Positions 59,076-64,000 of a DNA stretch of 64,000 nucleotides are shown one piece after another. The position numbers and the translations under genes were made by a program. The notes below the pieces were generated by a model. It was given only the letters and a program-made list of their open reading frames with translations. It was not told the DNA's origin and ran no database searches. Source of the DNA: Candidatus Dormibacteraceae bacterium (GTDB lineage: Bacteria; Chloroflexota; Dormibacteria; Dormibacterales; Dormibacteraceae); contig JBOHUQ010000126.1 in assembly GCA_050734495.1 (NCBI GenBank), positions 7,646-71,645 of the forward strand. The letters are read 5' to 3'. Within the stretch, counting starts at the first letter, position 1, and the number at the start of each line of letters is the position of its first letter.

Positions 59076-60082
59076 GACGCCAACCACCGTACTTTCGTGC
59101 CGTGCGCCCTGCTCGTTGCCAGCAGCTCGTCATCGAGCCGGATCTCAAAACGACCTTCGTCAGGCTCCATGCTCAGGTGATACACCGGAGCATCTGGAGT
59201 CGCGCGTGAGGCCGCCTCGACGATGACAGAGGCTACGCCAGAGCGAATCTCATCCGTGAGGTACTGGATGAGGACCGAGTGATACACCACCGTGGCCGTG
59301 TCGGGCCGTCGTTCACTGAGCTCACGCTCGAGAAACTTCGAGGCATCCAGCTGCTCAACTTCGAGCGGCGTCTGTTTAGCCAGCTCGATCGCGCCGTCCA
59401 GGCGGGACAGCCGGCCCAGCTGATCCGGCCAGACGAACGACCGGAGCGACAGCGCGCCGTCCTCTGACGTCGGGTCGATGGGAGCGAGATCGCATCCCTT
59501 TCGCTCGATCACCTCGGCGCCGCGATCCAGCGGCGGCGGGACGTCAAAGAAGTGGACGAACCGCACGGGTGAGTGCTCGTCTCCCCAGCCCATCTCTCCC
59601 GATTCGTATCGGTAGCGATCCCAACGGAGGTTCAGTCCGGCGCTGGCGCCGATCTCCAGGATGCGCAGTGGCAATCGCGTCCGATGTGCGACCTCGAGGA
59701 ATCCGCCGAGCAACGCCGCGCTCCGACCCACCTCGTTGGTCTGGCACCCGCGCGCGATCAGTCGCCGGATCTCGTCACCATGCTCTTTCAGCGTCTCGCG
59801 AAACAGCGGCCACACCGTTGCGGCATCGCCGTCCCCACCGACCGACGGATAGTGCGGTGAGAGCTGAGGCAAACGATCCTCGAGCACCAGGCGGTGAACG
59901 GCAGCCATCATCCGCAGCGCAAGCGCTGACCACTCCGGCTCGGCCTCGAACTCCTTCAAGAGCCCCCAGACCGGTCCTTCGCATTTCAAGTCATCGGCCG
60001 AGTACTCGAGCAGCTCGGCGTAGAAGGGCGAGCCGAGCTCGGCGCATCCCTGTGCCTGGAACCTCAGCCACCCTTCGATCAA
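59072..60082 (-). CDS. DUF2332 domain-containing protein (methyltransferase-like fold)
   Basis: FQAQGCAELGSPFYAELL and ILEIGASAGLNL are present. The TTG at 60082 lies 1 nt after the epimerase stop. Confidence 0.7.
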   Translation of the reverse strand: MIEGWLRFQAQGCAELGSPFYAELLEYSADDLKCEGPVWGLLKEFEAEPEWSALALRMMAAVHRLVLEDRLPQLSPHYPSVGGDGDAATVWPLFRETLKEHGDEIRRLIARGCQTNEVGRSAALLGGFLEVAHRTRLPLRILEIGASAGLNLRWDRYRYESGEMGWGDEHSPVRFVHFFDVPPPLDRGAEVIERKGCDLAPIDPTSEDGALSLRSFVWPDQLGRLSRLDGAIELAKQTPLEVEQLDASKFLERELSERRPDTATVVYHSVLIQYLTDEIRSGVASVIVEAASRATPDAPVYHLSMEPDEGRFEIRLDDELLATSRAHGTKVRWLAS

Positions 60083-60083
60083 T

Positions 60084-61025
60084 TCACGCGTCGCCGGCAA
60101 GCGCAAGCTCCTTCGCGCGGTTCGCGTATCCCGGGTGCGAGGGGTGCGCGACTCGATACCACGCCAGGGTCTCGGCAAGGGCGTCCTCCAACGCGGACGG
60201 CTCGAAACCGAGCTCCTTGCGAGCCTGGTCGAGCACGTAGCCGGCAGAGCGTTTGGGATCCGGCCCGTACGGGCTCGCACCCTCAGGCAGCTCCGCGAAC
60301 GGCATCGGGTGCAGGCGGGCCGGCTTGCCCATCGCTGTGGCGATGCCTTCGACCAGGTCGCGCAGGCTCACACCCTCGAAGGCTGCGTTGAACGCCTTGT
60401 GCGTCAGGTCTTTGCGCAGGTCGCACGCCAACGCGCACGCATAACCGATGTCTTTCACCCACGCCAGGCCCGCCTGGCGTTCGTACGACTCGACCGGAAC
60501 GAGCACCGGTCCTCCGTCCTCCACGCGCTGAATGTAGGCGGCGATCCGCATCGAGTGATCGGCCGGGCCGAACACGGCAGGCGGCCGGATCACCGTCCAG
60601 GGGAGGTCGATCTCGCGCGCCAGTATGGTTTCACACCATCGCTTCCCGTCCATGTAGTCGAGGTGTGGCGGAGGATCTCCGGTCAGCGGGACGAAGTCTT
60701 CCTCGCGGGCGGGTCTGCCGTCGAGGTTTGGGTACACGCCGGTCGAGACGAAAACGTAGCGCGCTCCTTTGAAGAGTCGCGCTACTGAGCGCACCTCGCC
60801 TGGTTGGAAGCACGCGAGGTCGAGAACGACGTCCGGCTCGACATGCCGGAGAGTCCGCTCTAGCTGGTCGTCCGCAGTGCGATCAAGCACTACGTAGCTG
60901 GTGAAGGTGCCGTAGGGTCGCTCCTTCCTTCCCGCGGCAACGGTCTCCACGCCGCGGCGCATCAACTCCTTGCACGCGGCCACACCGACAAAGCCCGCTC
61001 CGCCCAGGACAAGGGCACGAGTCAC
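60084..61025 (-). CDS. NAD-dependent epimerase/dehydratase family protein
   Basis: ALVLGGAGFVG Rossmann motif. The GTG at 61025 shares 1 nt with the rapZ-like TAG stop. Confidence 0.85.
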   Translation of the reverse strand: MTRALVLGGAGFVGVAACKELMRRGVETVAAGRKERPYGTFTSYVVLDRTADDQLERTLRHVEPDVVLDLACFQPGEVRSVARLFKGARYVFVSTGVYPNLDGRPAREEDFVPLTGDPPPHLDYMDGKRWCETILAREIDLPWTVIRPPAVFGPADHSMRIAAYIQRVEDGGPVLVPVESYERQAGLAWVKDIGYACALACDLRKDLTHKAFNAAFEGVSLRDLVEGIATAMGKPARLHPMPFAELPEGASPYGPDPKRSAGYVLDQARKELGFEPSALEDALAETLAWYRVAHPSHPGYANRAKELALAGDA

Positions 61026-61696
61026 TAGAGATCGCGGGCGGCGAACTCGACGTCGATGCCGTCCACGTTCTTGAGCCGCTCGGACATCTCCCTGGCCATC
61101 GCCACCGACCGGTGCCGTCCGCCGGTGCACCCGAAAGCGACGACAAGGTGCGAGCGTCCGCGCTCGCGGTAATGAGGGATGGCGGCCGCAAGCGTCCTTT
61201 CCAGGTTGGCGAGGAGCTCGTGCGCCGCCGGTTGCCCCACGACGTAGTCGCGCACGCGTGGATCGCGCCCATCAAGAGGTCGGAGCTCCTCGACCCAGTA
61301 AGGATTCTCGAGAAGCCTGACGTCGACCACCCACGACGCGCCGTCCGGGATGCCGTTCTTGTAGCCGAACGCAACGCACGACACGAGCAGGCGCTCGCGC
61401 GAGCGAAGCTGCTGCGCCAGCTCGCGCAACTGGGCGATGTCGACTCGGTGATGCGCACGCTCGTGGCTGCCGCCGGCTCGTCCGTCGCCTGGTCCGACGT
61501 GCACCAGCACGTAGCGGATATCCTGCGCGTCGGCGTCTTTGAGCACGGCTGCGGCGTCGCCGCGGAGCGGCAGGACAGCGTCGGCCTCGTCCCACGCGGA
61601 GAGCCAGCGCGCGAGCTGAAAACCGGAGTCGAGAAACACGCCAACTGCCTCGTCGAGCTGGGGTTCGCTGCCGCCACCGACGATCACCAGGGTCAC
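61025..61696 (-). CDS. rapZ: RapZ (YvcJ)-like protein with degenerate P-loop and shortened N-domain
   Basis: The C-terminal domain is well conserved (FGYKNGIP, DVRLLENPYW, FGCTGGRHRSV). The N-terminus reads VTLVIVGGGSEPQL where GxSGxGKS is expected. The GTG at 61696 overlaps the uvrC stop (GTGA). Confidence 0.75.
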   Translation of the reverse strand: MTLVIVGGGSEPQLDEAVGVFLDSGFQLARWLSAWDEADAVLPLRGDAAAVLKDADAQDIRYVLVHVGPGDGRAGGSHERAHHRVDIAQLRELAQQLRSRERLLVSCVAFGYKNGIPDGASWVVDVRLLENPYWVEELRPLDGRDPRVRDYVVGQPAAHELLANLERTLAAAIPHYRERGRSHLVVAFGCTGGRHRSVAMAREMSERLKNVDGIDVEFAARDL

Positions 61697-63543
61697 AGCG
61701 ATTCTTTCAGGCGTTTCGCCAGGCGCTCCGGCACACCCAGCTTGACGATGTCCTCGACGGGCGCTTCGCGGATGGCCTGCACCGAGCCGAAGTTTCGCAG
61801 GAGGATGCGCTTGCGCGCGGGCCCGATGCCCTCGACCGAATCCAGCGGCGACGTCAGCGCCTTCCGCGTCCGGACCTTGCGGTGATGGGTGATCGCGAAG
61901 CGGTGCGCCTCGTCGCGGATCCGCTGCACCAGGAACATGCCGGGCGAGTTGCGCTCCTGCACGATCGGCTCGGCGCGCCCCGGCGCAAAGATCTCCTCTC
62001 GCTCCTTGGCCAGCGCGAACGTGGGGATGTCCGCGTAACCCACCGACTCGAGCACCTCGAGCGCCGCGCTCAGCTGGCCGCGACCGCCGTCGATGAGGAT
62101 CAGGTCGGGCCGGCTCGTGAACGAACGATCCCCCACCGCGTCCGCCTCCTCCCGACGTTGGGCTGACTCGAGGCGCTCGAGGCGCCGCCGCAGCACCTCC
62201 TGCAGCATCGCGAAGTCGTTCGGCCCTTGTACGAATTTGATCTTGAAATGCCGATAGTGGTCGTTGCGCGGCCTGCCGTCCTCGAACACGACCATCGCTC
62301 CGACCGCCGAATCTCCCTGGATGTTCGAGATGTCGTAGCACTCGATGCGCTTGGGTGGCGACTCGAGGTCGAGGGCTTGGGCCAGGGCAGCCAGCATCGG
62401 CTCGGTGCGGCTGCGGTCGTAGTCGGCCTGGATGCGGAGCTGCTCGAGCTCCTGCGCGGCGGTTTCGGCGAGCTGCAGCACGAGAGCTCGCTTCCGCCCG
62501 CGCTGCGGCACCTCGATCATCACCGGGCCCCCTCTCTTCTGGCTGAGCCAGCCTGCGAGCAGGTCGGGCTCGTCGAGCGCGCCTGGCAGGACCACCGAGC
62601 GCGGTACGTGGGTCGCGCTCGCGTAGTACTGGAGCACAAAGCCTCGGAGCAGCTCGGCCTCGGTCGCTTCGCCGGCGCCGTCGAGGGCATGGCCGTCGTG
62701 CCCGACCATCTTGCCCTGCCTGATGTATGCCACCTCGACGAACACGTCTGGGGCCTGACGCGCGTATGCGATCAGGTCCTGGTCGTCGCGGCCGTGCGTG
62801 AGGACCTTCTGCCGGTCGGCGATGCGCTCGATCGATTGGAGCTGGTCGCGGTAGCGGGCGGCATTCTCGAAATCGAGCCGGGTGGCCGACCCCTCCATGC
62901 GCTCCTCGAGCTCGCGCACGAGCAGGTCCGAGCGACCCTCCATGAAGAGCGCGACCTCGTTGATCCGAGCCCTGTAGTCCTCTGAGCTGATCCGCCGTTC
63001 GCATGGACCGGGGCAGCGCTTGATGTGGAAGTCCAGGCATACCTTGCCTTGCTTGAAGATCTCGTCCGAGCACGTTCGGAACGGCAGCAGCTGGCGAATC
63101 GATTTGACAGTCCCGCGCAGCGACTGGGCGGAGGTGTAAGGGCCGAAGTACCGCGCGCCGTCGTTCTGGACCCGGCGCGAATAGTGGACGCGTGGAAACT
63201 CCTCCGTCACCGGGAGCTTCAGATAGAGGTAGTTCTTGTCGTCCTTGAGCCGGATGTTGAAGCGCGGCCGGTAGTTCTTGATGAGGCTGCACTCGAGGAC
63301 GAGGGCCTCCACCTCGTTGGCGGTGGTGACGAATTCGAAGTCCGTTGCCCTCCGGACCATCTCCGCGACGCGGGCGGTCTGTGCATAACCGGGAGTGAAG
63401 TAGGAGCGCAGCCGGTCGCGCAAGCGCAGGGCCTTGCCGACGTAGATGACCTGGCTGTGGTTGTCGCGAAACAGGTAGACGCCCGGACCGTCGGGCACCG
63501 CCTTGAGGCGCCGCTTGACCGTGTCTTCCAGTGAAACCGCCAC
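61693..63543 (-). CDS. uvrC: excinuclease ABC subunit C
   Basis: GIY-YIG (PGVYLFRD...VIYVGKA), a UVR domain, an endonuclease V-like domain and C-terminal (HhH)2 GIGPARKRILL. The GTG at 63543 is preferred; the longer ORF to 63615 overlaps the divergent gene. Confidence 0.93.
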   Translation of the reverse strand: MAVSLEDTVKRRLKAVPDGPGVYLFRDNHSQVIYVGKALRLRDRLRSYFTPGYAQTARVAEMVRRATDFEFVTTANEVEALVLECSLIKNYRPRFNIRLKDDKNYLYLKLPVTEEFPRVHYSRRVQNDGARYFGPYTSAQSLRGTVKSIRQLLPFRTCSDEIFKQGKVCLDFHIKRCPGPCERRISSEDYRARINEVALFMEGRSDLLVRELEERMEGSATRLDFENAARYRDQLQSIERIADRQKVLTHGRDDQDLIAYARQAPDVFVEVAYIRQGKMVGHDGHALDGAGEATEAELLRGFVLQYYASATHVPRSVVLPGALDEPDLLAGWLSQKRGGPVMIEVPQRGRKRALVLQLAETAAQELEQLRIQADYDRSRTEPMLAALAQALDLESPPKRIECYDISNIQGDSAVGAMVVFEDGRPRNDHYRHFKIKFVQGPNDFAMLQEVLRRRLERLESAQRREEADAVGDRSFTSRPDLILIDGGRGQLSAALEVLESVGYADIPTFALAKEREEIFAPGRAEPIVQERNSPGMFLVQRIRDEAHRFAITHHRKVRTRKALTSPLDSVEGIGPARKRILLRNFGSVQAIREAPVEDIVKLGVPERLAKRLKESL

Positions 63544-63580
63544 TCGATCGATTTTAGGTAGCCGGAATAGACTGCCCTCG

Positions 63581-63940
63581 ATGGAGCAACGGCCCGCAGC
63601 GCCGGCGCCGTACACCGAACCGCCGGCTCACGCCCCCCAGGCGTCTGGGCAATACAACCCGTGGGCGATCGTCAGCGTCTCGTTCGCGGCCTCGACGGTG
63701 CTGGGCAGCTGGTGCTTTGGCGGCGTGATCGCGGTCATCACCGGGCACGTCGCACGCCACCAGATCAAAACGAGCGGCGAGGCAGGCGGAAACCTTGCGC
63801 TGATCGGCCTGATCGTGGGTTACCTCTCGATCGCCCTTTTCCTCCTGTTCATCGCGGCCTATATCGCGTTCTTCATCTTCATCGCGGTCTTCGCGGCCAC
63901 GCACGCGACCTTATCGCCCAGTCCGACCGCCTCACCGTAA
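63581..63940 (+). CDS. DUF4190-like small membrane protein
   Basis: A Pro-rich N-terminus is followed by two hydrophobic helices flanking ITGHVARHQIKTSGEAGGNLALIGLIVGY. Confidence 0.6.
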   Translation: MEQRPAAPAPYTEPPAHAPQASGQYNPWAIVSVSFAASTVLGSWCFGGVIAVITGHVARHQIKTSGEAGGNLALIGLIVGYLSIALFLLFIAAYIAFFIFIAVFAATHATLSPSPTASP

Positions 63941-64000
63941 ACTGGACGCCGTGAGCACCACCCCGGGCAGTCTCCCGCCTCCACCGTCGCAGTCCAGCAA

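Noticed and set aside
61697-63292. N-terminal 530 aa of the 755-aa ORF 61025-63292.
   Set aside because: Only the last approximately 223 aa (from GTG 61696) look like a protein (RapZ-like). The upstream part is an out-of-frame shadow of uvrC.
63952-64000. Possible new gene starting at GTG 63952 at the right edge.
   Set aside because: Only about 16 codons are visible, which is too little to support a call.

Overview
High-GC (roughly 65-75% by eye) chromosomal segment with actinobacterial/Terrabacteria-type synteny. Nearly all genes are on the minus strand and many are joined by NTGA start/stop overlaps. Left to right: a complete 16S rRNA (rest of the operon lies off the left edge) with a good promoter; recR-ybaB-dnaX; an SRP (4.5S) RNA next to a 76-bp tandem repeat; a CDP-alcohol phosphatidyltransferase; a class A PBP. 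Next comes a six-gene NuoA-like/J/K/L/M/N cluster with no NuoH or peripheral-arm genes, then a heterodimeric ABC exporter, CBS, CopD-like and mnmA genes. A ThrC-like / ThiS-MoaD-like / NIL-domain triad follows, then a decayed HNH endonuclease relic. A 15-gene trp-aro supraoperon (trpEGDCFBA-aroH-DAHPS-tyrA-aroA) carries a four-gene tail (B3/4, Nudix, AKR, OSBS/NAAAR-like). After it come an ECF sigma/anti-sigma module, then an aminotransferase, an SDR and a peptide SBP, then secG-sodA-gpmA-tpiA-pgk-gap-whiA. An approximately 10.4-kb block (E1-beta, M24 peptidase, two APC permeases, KdpDE-like two-component system, DUF2332, epimerase) separates whiA from a P-loop-less rapZ-like gene and uvrC. 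I saw no CRISPR array, tRNA or intact mobile element. The most interesting signal is the Nuo-like membrane module: by eye alignment, its antiporter-like and NuoK-like subunits have replaced most of the canonical Lys/Glu/His proton-relay residues I could place, yet all ORFs stay intact and translationally coupled. Coordinates of start codons are my best reading, and several are non-canonical or ambiguous. All homology calls come from motif recognition by eye, not from searches.
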